From assembly GCA_963783275.1 (NCBI GenBank), contig CAWANA010000031.1, positions 17,300 to 81,299 on the forward strand: 64,000 nt of DNA, given 5' to 3'. Source of the DNA: an uncultured Alphaproteobacteria bacterium (GTDB taxonomy: Bacteria > Pseudomonadota > Alphaproteobacteria > Rhizobiales > Beijerinckiaceae). The position numbers and the translations under genes are program-made. This document shows, piece by piece, positions 11,683 through 20,959 of this stretch. How positions within the stretch are numbered: the stretch's first letter is position 1; the number at the start of each line of letters is the position of its first letter. Below the pieces are notes generated by a model. It was not told the DNA's origin and made no database searches. It was given only the letters and a program-made list of their open reading frames with translations.

Positions 11683-14253
11683 GTGACCCGTCTTCTTCTC
11701 TTGATAGCCGCTGTCCTTGGTCTCCTGTCGGCGGCGCATGCCCAGCAGATGGGTGGTTCGCTGACGCCTAGCCCGCCCACTTTGTCGTTGGGCGCGGGCG
11801 TCCCATCGGCGCTCGCGAACTCCGCCAATACGAACGGCGGGGTCACGCTCCTGAACGGGTCGGCGACGTCCGGCGACTGCCTCGCCTGGGGCGCGAACGG
11901 AATCCAAGACACGGGGTCGCCATGCATCGCCGCGCCGATTGGGGCTGCGACGCTCACTGGCGCCGGCGCGGCCGATTCCTCGACCCTGGCGAACCGCGCC
12001 ACCGACTACGGCGTCAGCTTCGACCTGAAAACCGACTTTGGCGCGAAGTGTGACGGCTCGACCGACGACACCGCGGCGATCCAGCGGTGGCTCGCCAAGG
12101 CGGCCGCGGGCGTCGAACTCGTCGCCCCCGCGGGCACATGCAATTTCTCCAAACCGCTCACGGTGGGCGCCGTCGGCCACTACAGCATCCAAGGCGCGGG
12201 CGCGCCGGCGACGACCTTCAATTACACGGGCTCGGGAACCTCAGCGACCGCGACCGCCGGGGCGTCCTGGACAGGCGGATCGTGGACGGGCTCGGCATGG
12301 TCAGGCGGCTCAACGTCGCTCACCCTGTCGGCGACCGCGCCGACGTTCATCCCGACGATGCTCGGCGAGGGCGTTCTCGTCAGCGTGTGGGACACTTCGG
12401 GCCCATGGACGACGCCGACCTATGTCGGGACGGTCGCCAGCGTCAGCGGCGCGACCGTGACGCTCAATTTCGGCGCGGCCAACGCCTCGGCCGGATCGAG
12501 CGACGGCTTGATGTTCACCGTCGATCTCCTGACCCTGAACCCGACCGGGTCGACGGCGGCCAACCAACAGGGCGTCAATCTCAAAGATTTCCGTCTGACC
12601 TCCTCGACGCCGCTTTCCGGCGGCTTCGCCCTCCATGCGCAGAACATCTGGAACGGCTTTTCCCAGAACATCATGCTCGGCGGGTCGAGCGTCGGCGACA
12701 GCGGCGACCTTTGCGGCGGCTTCTGGGGCGACCAGATCAGCGGATGGGAGTGGATACAGCCGGGCATCGCCTCCAACCGCCTGTGCGGCGACGCGATGCT
12801 GGTCAACGCCGCGCCTTGGTACGGCCAAGGGGCGACGGCGGAGCTTCAGCTTCACTCCGGCGGCATCGGCGGCCTCGCATCCGGCATCCACATGGCCGGC
12901 GGCTTCGGCGGCGCGCGCTGCGACGGCACCAACATCGCGGGCAATGTTCACGGCTTTGTTGTCGATAACTCGGTCGCCCCGATCAACAATCGCGAAATCG
13001 ATCTCGGCTCGACCTGCGCCATCGACAGTTCGACCGGCGACGGCGTGCTGATCAACGATCCGCTGGTCAGCGGGGGAACGGTGGACATCGCCGGATGGAT
13101 CGGCTCGTCGAACGGCTACGGCGTCAATATCAAGAAATGGAGCAACGGAAAGGTCCAGCTCCGCGGCCATGAGCTTTACAACAACTGCGGTTCGGGCCTC
13201 TATGTTCAGGACACTTCGACTTACGTCGCGATCGGAGACGCGCTCGAAGTCAACAACAACGGCTTATCCGCTTCCGGCTGCTCGGCGTGGCAGACGGCCA
13301 ATCCGGGCCACGGCTACGGGATCGAGGCGACTTCGCAAGACCTCAGGATCAACGGCTTCCCGAATTTTCACGGCAACTCGGCCGGACCGTTCAACGCCAA
13401 CGCCGGCATGCTGCAACAGACCTTCGGAAGTTACGGCGCGCTCGACGTCGCGACGTTGACCTCGGCCAGCGGGGCGGCTGCCGCTCTCGGCATCACCGCG
13501 GGCTCGTCCGGTTATGGGGCGCTCCTGTCCTTTAGCGCGGGATCGTCCTTTCTCTGGCAGTTCGGCGCCGATGCAAACAAGCATCTTCGCATTTGGGACG
13601 AAGCGGCGTCGGGCGTCCCGTTGCTTCTCGACTGCGCCAGCGGCGTCGGTTGCACGCTCGGCGAAGGCTCGACGACGGGTGGCGCGACCATGTTCACCGA
13701 TGAGTACCCGACGTTCAAATACAGCGGAACGGGCCAGACGAAGGTCGTCGTCGATACGGGTTCGCCAGGAGTGGGCGCCTCGATCGCTTTCAGCGACAAC
13801 GGGATCGGCGAGTGGCAGCTCGGGAACAATGGCGCGAACAATGATTTGTACGTTTGGGACAGCCAGAACAGCAACGCAATCTGGCTTGCCGTCGCAACCG
13901 GCGGCAACGCGATCGTCGGCGAGCAGAAGAACAACGTCGCGACCTTCTACGGCGTGATCGCCTCGCAGAATGGCTCGCAGCCGACAGTCTCCGGCTGCTC
14001 CGTCGCGAATCAGGTCGGCGGCGAGATGGCCGGAAGCTTCAAGGCGACGACGTCTTGCGCTACAGGGAGCACGTATACCCTGACCTTCGCTGCGACGCAG
14101 GCCGACGGCTACGCCTGCGACGCGCACGACACGACGACGCCCGCCTCCCTCATCAACGAAACCGCCTATTCCACAGCGGCCGTGACCTTCGCCGTCGCCG
14201 CGACGGCAGTCGCTAATAACGATCTGATAGTTTGGAAATGCATGGGCTTCTGA
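11683..14253 (+). CDS. Secreted right-handed beta-helix protein, phage tailspike/tail-fibre-like
   Basis: GGAGGA RBS plus GTG; signal peptide MTRLLLLIAAVLGLLSAAHA; DFGAKCDGSTDDTAAIQ (Pectate_lyase_3-type start); G/S/T/N-rich; no frameshift. Confidence 0.75.
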   Translation: MTRLLLLIAAVLGLLSAAHAQQMGGSLTPSPPTLSLGAGVPSALANSANTNGGVTLLNGSATSGDCLAWGANGIQDTGSPCIAAPIGAATLTGAGAADSSTLANRATDYGVSFDLKTDFGAKCDGSTDDTAAIQRWLAKAAAGVELVAPAGTCNFSKPLTVGAVGHYSIQGAGAPATTFNYTGSGTSATATAGASWTGGSWTGSAWSGGSTSLTLSATAPTFIPTMLGEGVLVSVWDTSGPWTTPTYVGTVASVSGATVTLNFGAANASAGSSDGLMFTVDLLTLNPTGSTAANQQGVNLKDFRLTSSTPLSGGFALHAQNIWNGFSQNIMLGGSSVGDSGDLCGGFWGDQISGWEWIQPGIASNRLCGDAMLVNAAPWYGQGATAELQLHSGGIGGLASGIHMAGGFGGARCDGTNIAGNVHGFVVDNSVAPINNREIDLGSTCAIDSSTGDGVLINDPLVSGGTVDIAGWIGSSNGYGVNIKKWSNGKVQLRGHELYNNCGSGLYVQDTSTYVAIGDALEVNNNGLSASGCSAWQTANPGHGYGIEATSQDLRINGFPNFHGNSAGPFNANAGMLQQTFGSYGALDVATLTSASGAAAALGITAGSSGYGALLSFSAGSSFLWQFGADANKHLRIWDEAASGVPLLLDCASGVGCTLGEGSTTGGATMFTDEYPTFKYSGTGQTKVVVDTGSPGVGASIAFSDNGIGEWQLGNNGANNDLYVWDSQNSNAIWLAVATGGNAIVGEQKNNVATFYGVIASQNGSQPTVSGCSVANQVGGEMAGSFKATTSCATGSTYTLTFAATQADGYACDAHDTTTPASLINETAYSTAAVTFAVAATAVANNDLIVWKCMGF

Positions 14254-15042
14254 GAAATCGCGAGGCTCAACTCTCATAAAGCCATTGAGGCCATAAATCC
14301 GGGCTTGCAGAGAATCGGAATTTACTCACGCGACGCTCCCGCCGCGCGCGGCGCCCTTGCCATGCCGCCATCGCGGGCGGGCAGCACGCCTTTCCCGAGG
14401 TCTCGTCTTCGGCGGGCGCTTCGATCCAGAACGGATCATCGAAGTCGCCGCCGGTAGCGGGCGCACTGATCGGCTCCGTGGGCAAGAGCCGGGAGTTGAC
14501 CGGCTGAAGCGTGGGCCGGGCGACGAGGAGAAAAGCCGGCTGCCCGGCGCTCAGCCGGACGTCGGATTGTCCTGCAACAGCGATCGGCGGCGATAGGCGC
14601 GCGCCGCCTCCTCGGTCATCCATTCCCGGCGCTGAATTCGCACCCACAAAGCCGATGCCGCGGCCGGCCGTTCGACGAGTTGCCGTACGGTCGCTGGCCG
14701 ATTGTGCGACGCCCGAGTCCGCATCCGCGGCGGCGAGTGCGCGGTCCTCAAACTGACCTGTCCATGCATATTTGGGCCTCCTCACGAAGCCCCCAAGCCT
14801 TCTGGTCCTCCTCCTTCGCGGCCGCCGAAGACCGGCGGCGCTCCGCCAGAATCATCTAATGCCTAACGCCGAGCGCGAAAATTGCATTGATCCACGTCAG
14901 CCGCCGCTAAAAATCGTGCCGAGGCGCCGAGGCGTCCGAAGTCCGGAGTCCTTGCCTCCGAAACACGCCGACCCGCGTAACTCAAACGCCTCTCGCCGAG
15001 CCGCCTGCGAAGCGCGCGCGTCGTCCATGCCCCCCGGGTCGA

Positions 15043-15056
15043 TTGACGAGGATCAA
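15043..15056 (+). promoter_or_regulatory. FNR/FixK box upstream of phaC
   Basis: TTGAC-GAGG-ATCAA, one mismatch to TTGAT-N4-ATCAA. Confidence 0.75.
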
Positions 15057-15138
15057 CGCGGAGTTCACGCGACCGGCGTAGGAAATCCTGGCGAACAGGT
15101 CGCAGGGCGCGCTTGGGCGCGCTCGGGGAACGGGCGCC

Positions 15139-17016
15139 ATGCAGGACAGGATCTCGAATCAGAATCAGACCGCCGCGCTGCTGCCGACGGATCAGCGGGA
15201 GCAGGCGATGGCGGAAGCCCTCAGAACCCGCGTTTTGGAGCGCGCCAAGGCGCCTCGGGTCGTCCCGCACTTGCCTCCGAGCGGGGCCCGCGACCATCAG
15301 CCCGATTTCCGCACCGTCGACCGCCTGTCGCGCGCGCTTCTGGCGCGCGCCACCCAGGGCGTCTCGCCCAACGCCCTCGCTCAGACCTGGGCCGACTGGG
15401 CGCTGCACCTCGCGCAGGCGCCCGGCAAGCGCGCCGAGCTCGCCAAGAGCGCGGCGATGTCGGCCGCGCGGTTCGCCCTCTGGCTTCCTTACGCCTTTGC
15501 CGACGGCCGGCACGCTCCGCCCTTCGCGCCGCTGCCGACCGACCGGCGGTTCAGGGACCCGAGCTGGGGGCAATGGCCGTTCAACGTATTCGTGCAGAAT
15601 TTCCTCGGCGCCGAGGCCTGGTGGGCGGAGGCGACCCAGGATGTGCCCGGCCTCGTGCGCGACCGCGAGGCCGAGGTGGCCTTCATGACGCGCGCGGCGA
15701 TCGACATGATCTCGCCAAGCAACGTTCCATGGCTGAACCCGATCAGCATCGCCAAGACCGTCGAGGAGGGCGGCCTCAATCTTGTCCGCGGCGCGGGCAA
15801 CTGGCTCGAGGATTACGACCGTATGCTCGCCGGGCGGCCGCCGGCCGGAGCCGAGCGGTTCGAAGTCGGGCGCGATGTGGCGGTGACGCCCGGCAAGGTC
15901 GTGTTCCGCAACGACCTCATGGAGTTGATCCAGTACGAACCCGCGACGGAAAAGGTGTCGGCCGAGCCGATCCTGATCATCCCGGCCTGGATCATGAAGT
16001 ACTACATCCTCGACCTCGAGCCGAAGAGCTCGCTGGCGCGTTGGCTGGTCGAGCGCGGGCATACGGTCTTCATGGTCTCGTGGAAGAATCCGGACGCGCG
16101 CGATCGGGAGGTCAGCCTCGACGACTACCGGCGCCTCGGCGTAAACGCCGCGCTCAACGCGGTTTCGGCGATTATTCCCGACCAGAAGATCCATACCTGC
16201 GGCTATTGCCTGGGCGGAACCATCCTGGCGATCGCCGCGGCGACGCTGGCGCGCGACGGCGACGACCGGATCGCGAGCCTGACCCTGCTCGCCTCCCAGA
16301 CCGACTTCGCCGAGGCCGGCGAGATCATGCTGTTCCTCGACGAGGGGCAGGTGATGCTGCTCGACGACCTCATGTGGGATCAGGGCTATCTCGACAGCCG
16401 GCAGATGTCCGGCGCCTTCCAGGCGCTGCGCTCGGACGAATTGATCTGGGGCAAGTTCATCCGCGAATATGTGCTGGGCGAGCGTGACGACATGACGGCG
16501 CTGATGGCCTGGAACGCCGATCAGACCCGCATGCCAGCCCGGATGCACAGCCAGTATCTGCACGGCCTCTATCTCGAGAACCGGCTGTCCTCGGGGCGCT
16601 ATGCGGTCGAAGGCCGCAAGATCGCGCTGCGCGACATCCGCGCGCCGATCTTCGTTGTCGGCATGGCGCGCGACCATATTGCGCCCTGGCGATCGGTCTA
16701 CAAGATCTGCCTGTTCACGGACACCGAGGTGACCTTCGCGCTGGCCTCGGGCGGTCACAATGTCGGCATTGTCAATCCGCCGGCGCAGAAGCGCGGCTCG
16801 TATCAACTCATGACGATGGGGCGCAACGAGCGCTACGTCGAGCCGGACACCTGGGTCGCCGCCGCGCCGTCCTACATGGGGTCGTGGTGGTCGGACTGGG
16901 AGGAATGGCTCCGGGCCTCCGGCTCGGGGTACGAGGTCGAACCGCCTCATATGGGCGCGACCGAAGCGAGCCTGCCGCCGCTGTGCGAGGCGCCGGGGAT
17001 CTATGTGCGAGGATAG
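15139..17016 (+). CDS. phaC: Class I polyhydroxyalkanoate synthase
   Basis: AVTPGKVVFRN, PAWIMKYYILDL, GYCLGG lipase box, WNAD, DHIAPW, SGGHNVGI. Confidence 0.95.
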   Translation: MQDRISNQNQTAALLPTDQREQAMAEALRTRVLERAKAPRVVPHLPPSGARDHQPDFRTVDRLSRALLARATQGVSPNALAQTWADWALHLAQAPGKRAELAKSAAMSAARFALWLPYAFADGRHAPPFAPLPTDRRFRDPSWGQWPFNVFVQNFLGAEAWWAEATQDVPGLVRDREAEVAFMTRAAIDMISPSNVPWLNPISIAKTVEEGGLNLVRGAGNWLEDYDRMLAGRPPAGAERFEVGRDVAVTPGKVVFRNDLMELIQYEPATEKVSAEPILIIPAWIMKYYILDLEPKSSLARWLVERGHTVFMVSWKNPDARDREVSLDDYRRLGVNAALNAVSAIIPDQKIHTCGYCLGGTILAIAAATLARDGDDRIASLTLLASQTDFAEAGEIMLFLDEGQVMLLDDLMWDQGYLDSRQMSGAFQALRSDELIWGKFIREYVLGERDDMTALMAWNADQTRMPARMHSQYLHGLYLENRLSSGRYAVEGRKIALRDIRAPIFVVGMARDHIAPWRSVYKICLFTDTEVTFALASGGHNVGIVNPPAQKRGSYQLMTMGRNERYVEPDTWVAAAPSYMGSWWSDWEEWLRASGSGYEVEPPHMGATEASLPPLCEAPGIYVRG

Positions 17017-17059
17017 ACGGTCGGGCCGAGCCGGCGCTTAAACGGCTCGACCGCGGTCC

Positions 17060-18154
17060 TTAGACCACCCGCCGCACCCAGCCGTGCTCGTCGGGCGCGT
17101 CGCCGCGCTGGATGCCGACGAGCTTCGCCCGCAGCGCCTCCGCGACGGCGCCGCCCGAACCGTTGCCGACAACGAAGCCGCCTTCCGCTCCCTTGATCTC
17201 GCCGATCGGGGTGACGACCGCCGCCGTGCCGCAGGCGAAGGCCTCGCGCAGGCGCCCGCTCGCGGCGTCCGCCTTCCACTGCTCGTAGCTGAAGCGCTCC
17301 TCGCGCACCGTCCGGCCTTCGGCCCTGGCCAGCGTGATGATCGCGTCGCGCGTGACGCCGGGCAGGATCGTGCCGCCGAGCGGCGGCGTCTGCAGCGAGC
17401 CGTCGTCGAACACGAGGAAGACGTTCATGCCGCCGAGTTCCTCGACCCACTTCCGTTCCGCGGCGTCGAGGAACACGACCTGGTCGCAGCCGTGCTTGAT
17501 CGCCTCGGCCTGCGCGACGAGGCTCGCGGCGTAATTGCCGCCGCATTTGGCCGCGCCCGTCCCGCCCGGGGCGGCGCGGGTGTAATCGTCGGAGAGCCAG
17601 ACGGTGACCGCCTTCTTGCCGCCCTTGAAATAGGCGCCGACCGGCGAGGCGATCACCACGTACCAATATTCCGCCGCCGGGCGGACGCCGAGGAACGCCT
17701 CGCTCGCGAACATGAAGGGGCGCAGGTAGAGGCTGCCGTCGCCGCCGGGAACCCAAGCGACGTCCGCCTTGATCAGCTCGTCGATCGACCGCAGGAACGC
17801 GGCTTCGGGAAGGACCGGCATCGCCAGCCGCTCGGCCGAGGCCTGAAAGCGGCGCGCATTCTGTTCGGGACGGAACAGGGCCACCCCGCCGTCGCTTAAG
17901 CGATAGGCCTTGAGGCCCTCGAAAATCTCCTGGGCGTAGTGCAGCACCGCGGCGGCGGGATCGAGCGCGAACGGCTCCCGCGCCCGGATCTCGGCGTCGC
18001 ACCATCCACGCGCCTCGGTCCAGCGGATGGTCGCCATGTGGTCGGTGAATACCCGCCCGAAGCCGGGATCCTCCATCGCCATCGCACGCGCGTCGGCCGC
18101 GACCGGCGCGGGATGCGGGCGGCGGGTGAAGAAGGGACCATGCTCGGCGTTCAT
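17060..18154 (-). CDS. ilvE: Branched-chain amino acid aminotransferase
   Basis: LHYAQEIFEGLKAY, LYLRPF, AKCGGNYAASL, EELGGMN, ILPGVTR. Confidence 0.96.
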   Translation of the reverse strand: MNAEHGPFFTRRPHPAPVAADARAMAMEDPGFGRVFTDHMATIRWTEARGWCDAEIRAREPFALDPAAAVLHYAQEIFEGLKAYRLSDGGVALFRPEQNARRFQASAERLAMPVLPEAAFLRSIDELIKADVAWVPGGDGSLYLRPFMFASEAFLGVRPAAEYWYVVIASPVGAYFKGGKKAVTVWLSDDYTRAAPGGTGAAKCGGNYAASLVAQAEAIKHGCDQVVFLDAAERKWVEELGGMNVFLVFDDGSLQTPPLGGTILPGVTRDAIITLARAEGRTVREERFSYEQWKADAASGRLREAFACGTAAVVTPIGEIKGAEGGFVVGNGSGGAVAEALRAKLVGIQRGDAPDEHGWVRRVV

Positions 18155-18251
18155 CGCTCTTTCCTTACGTCTCGAAAGTGACCCTCTTTAGACCCGCGCA
18201 GCGCCGGGCGCCACTCTGGCCGGCGCGCCCCATCCGCCCCGGCGCGGCCGA

Positions 18252-18698
18252 TTATCCCGCTTCGATTTCGAAGCGAACGGGAAACCGACCCAGCGCCGCG
18301 CGCGCGGCCTCCGTGGCGGTCGGCGGCACGTGGGCGGTGACGATCAGGCCGCTGTCGCCGTGCCGGGCCTCGATCGCGAAGCTTTCGCCGGGCAGCGCCG
18401 CCGCCAGCGCCTCGCGCGCCGCCTGTTCGGCCGCGATTTCCCGGAGGCGCGGCTTGATAGATCTTGCCCACCGGCGTCATCGGCATCTCGCCGATCGTGA
18501 CGATCGCGCGCGGGCGCGCCGGCGGCTCGATCACGCCGGCCTCGACGAAACCCGCGAGCGCGTCCGCGTCGATCGTCGCGCCGGGCGAGGGCGTGACGAA
18601 CAGCATCGGCGTCTCCCGACATCCGGGCAGGCTTCGACAAGATCTCGCGCGCGTCTATCGAGTTCGGCGCGCTCCGCCGGCGTATAGCCGTAACCCAT
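18252..18698 (-). pseudogene. Internally deleted acyl-CoA synthetase remnant
   Basis: PMLFVT...EPPARPR...MPMTPVGKIY(K)PRLR AMP-binding C-domain joined to a ~28 aa N-terminus. Confidence 0.6.
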
Positions 18699-18785
18699 AG
18701 ACGTTTCCCCGTTCGTGCCGTTATGCGCCAACCTAAGCAAGCCGACGCGGCGCAGACAAGGGCCCCGAGCGCCGTCGGCGCCCGC

Positions 18786-20169
18786 TTACGCGTTCCCTGC
18801 AGCCCACGGCAGCCCTTGCCGCCATCTTTGCGCGTAGCCCGCGAGGCCGGGGACGCCCCACGCCCGCGCGCTCGCGAGCTTCGGCGGCTCGTGCGGCTCG
18901 CCCCAGCGCGCGAGCATCGCCGCGCCCTCGGCCGCCCCGGAAGCCGGCGCGACGAGCACGGTCCGCCCCGGCATGAGCCCGGCGAGCACGCCGGAAAAGG
19001 CCGGCGTGCGGTTGAAGCCGCCCTCGACGATGATGTCGCCCGGCGCGTCGAGCCGTTCGAGCATCAGGCGCGGTCATGAGCGCCGAATAGAGGGTGGCGA
19101 GCGCCGAGCGTCCGGCGGGCGTCGTGGGCGGCGCGCCCTCGATCCAGCCCTTGCGGCCGGCGAACGGGCCGCCCTGGTCGGTGAAGGCGGGCATCGCCAT
19201 GACGCCTGAGGCGACGATCGCCGCGACGTCGGGCTCCTTCGCCTCCGAAGGCCTGTCGCCCGCGAGCACGGCGAACTCGCGCCCGCCCATCAGCCGCGCG
19301 GTCGGCACCGGGCGGCCCATGATGTCGACATTGGCGAGCGTGTCGTCCGCCGGATTGAGCGCGCCCTTGCCGCCGACCGCCATGATGATCACCCAGGTGC
19401 CGGTCGAGACGACCGTGAAGGGATCGTTGCGCGAGGCGAGATAGGGAACGAGCGAGGCGTTCGAATCGTGCGCGCCGCAGATGACGCGCACGGACGGGGA
19501 GAGCCCGGTCGCGGCGGCGATCTCCGGTTTCAGCGTCCCGAGGCACTCCCAGGCCCGCCGCCGCGGCGGGAAGAGACGCGCCCAGCCCTGCTTCTCGACG
19601 AGGCTCGAAAGACGCCCCTCCCTCGGCCGCCACAAATCGGAATGGGCCCCGAGCGCGGTCGCTTCGGTCGCCATGACGCCCGAAAGTCTCCAGGCCCAAT
19701 ATTGCGGGTAGGCGAGAAAGGCGCGGGCGGCGGCGAAATCGCGCGGAAAGCTGCGTTCGAGATAGAAAATCTGCCGTCCGAGATTCAGGCCCCGCACGGA
19801 ATGCGGCGAGAAGGTCTCCTCGAACGGCGGACGCTGCAGCGTCGTAGTCGGCGTCGACGGCGGCGAATCCATCGAACTCGTAATCGACCGGCGGCAGCGC
19901 TGCGTCCGCTCGGTCACCAGCACGCCCGCCGCGCCGTGCGCCGAGATCGAGACGGCCTCGATCGGCGTCGTGGCGCCGACGTCTTTCAGCGCCGAGAGCA
20001 GGAACGCCCAGGCGCCTTCGGTATCGAGCCGGAGATAGGGCCAGCTTGCGTCAGGCGGGAGCGGCGCGTTGGGCTGGGATCGTTCGGCGACGACCTGGCC
20101 GTTCGGACCGAACACGATCAGCTTGACGTTGGTCTTGCCCACGTCGAACACGGCCACCGAGCCGCCCAT
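18786..20169 (-). CDS. FGGY carbohydrate kinase (RhaK-like), frameshifted
   Basis: VFDVGKTNVK, SAHGA, GAHDSNAS, VSTGTW, LMGGREF. Confidence 0.88.
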
Positions 20170-20370
20170 GAACTGCGCCTCCCCAAAACCAAAGTGAACT
20201 CTAGACCGGGCCCGCAGGCCCGAGGGAAGCCGGGCGTGGCGCAGGTCGTCGAAGACGGCTTTGTCTCGTGGAGAGGATAATATTGGCTTTGCGGCGCGGC
20301 CCGCCGTTATCCCGCAAGCGCCGCGAGGCGGGTCTCCCCGCGCCGCGGAGCCTGCGTGCGCGACTTGCCC

Positions 20371-20775
20371 CTACTCGGCCGGAGTCGCGCTGACCTGTGC
20401 AACTTCGCCGACGGGAAGGCCCGCCGGTTGCTCGCGCCGCAGGAACCGTCGAAACGCCATGCGCATGTCCCGGACAAGCCGGACCCAGGCGTTCGGCGTT
20501 GCGAAGTGGGATGCGAACTCGCGATTCGTCTCGAGCGGAACCCAGTATTCGCTGCGCCAGGTCTTGAACATCGAGACCAATTCCTCTTTCTGCTCAGGCC
20601 TGACCGACATCGACGCGCAGCCGCAGTTGGCTTCAATCGTTACGCGTCCAAGCTTGTCGAACTGGAACCGGTGGCGGCTTGGCGCGTGGTTCAGCCAGCC
20701 GTGGCGCAGCTCGAAGTCTTCAGGCTGGAAGCGCAGCGCTTCGATCAGCGGCGAGGCGTCGAGGTAACGAACCAT
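20371..20775 (-). CDS. Hypothetical protein
   Basis: MVRYLDASPLIEALRFQPEDF...ANCGCA...WRSEYW; protein-like composition. Confidence 0.6.
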   Translation of the reverse strand: MVRYLDASPLIEALRFQPEDFELRHGWLNHAPSRHRFQFDKLGRVTIEANCGCASMSVRPEQKEELVSMFKTWRSEYWVPLETNREFASHFATPNAWVRLVRDMRMAFRRFLRREQPAGLPVGEVAQVSATPAE

Positions 20776-20959
20776 ACGCGTGGCGGGGTAGTGAAAGTCG
20801 AGTAAGCCATAAGGGTTGTCCTCCGCATGCAGGCCCAGCCCATTCAACGTCCCCAAGAAGCGCCCGGTTCCGTGCGGCCGAGCGCGTAAGGACCTCTCCA
20901 GCGTCATATGCAAGCGCGGCTTTTTTATGCGTTTTTTATGCGACCGGGCCGGAGCGCGA

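Noticed and set aside
8872-14253. Intact prophage or integrative element
   Set aside because: No integrase, tRNA, att repeats or structural/packaging genes seen.
14267-14785. 172-aa minus-strand ORF
   Set aside because: Low-complexity, no family motif, weak start; not called as a CDS.
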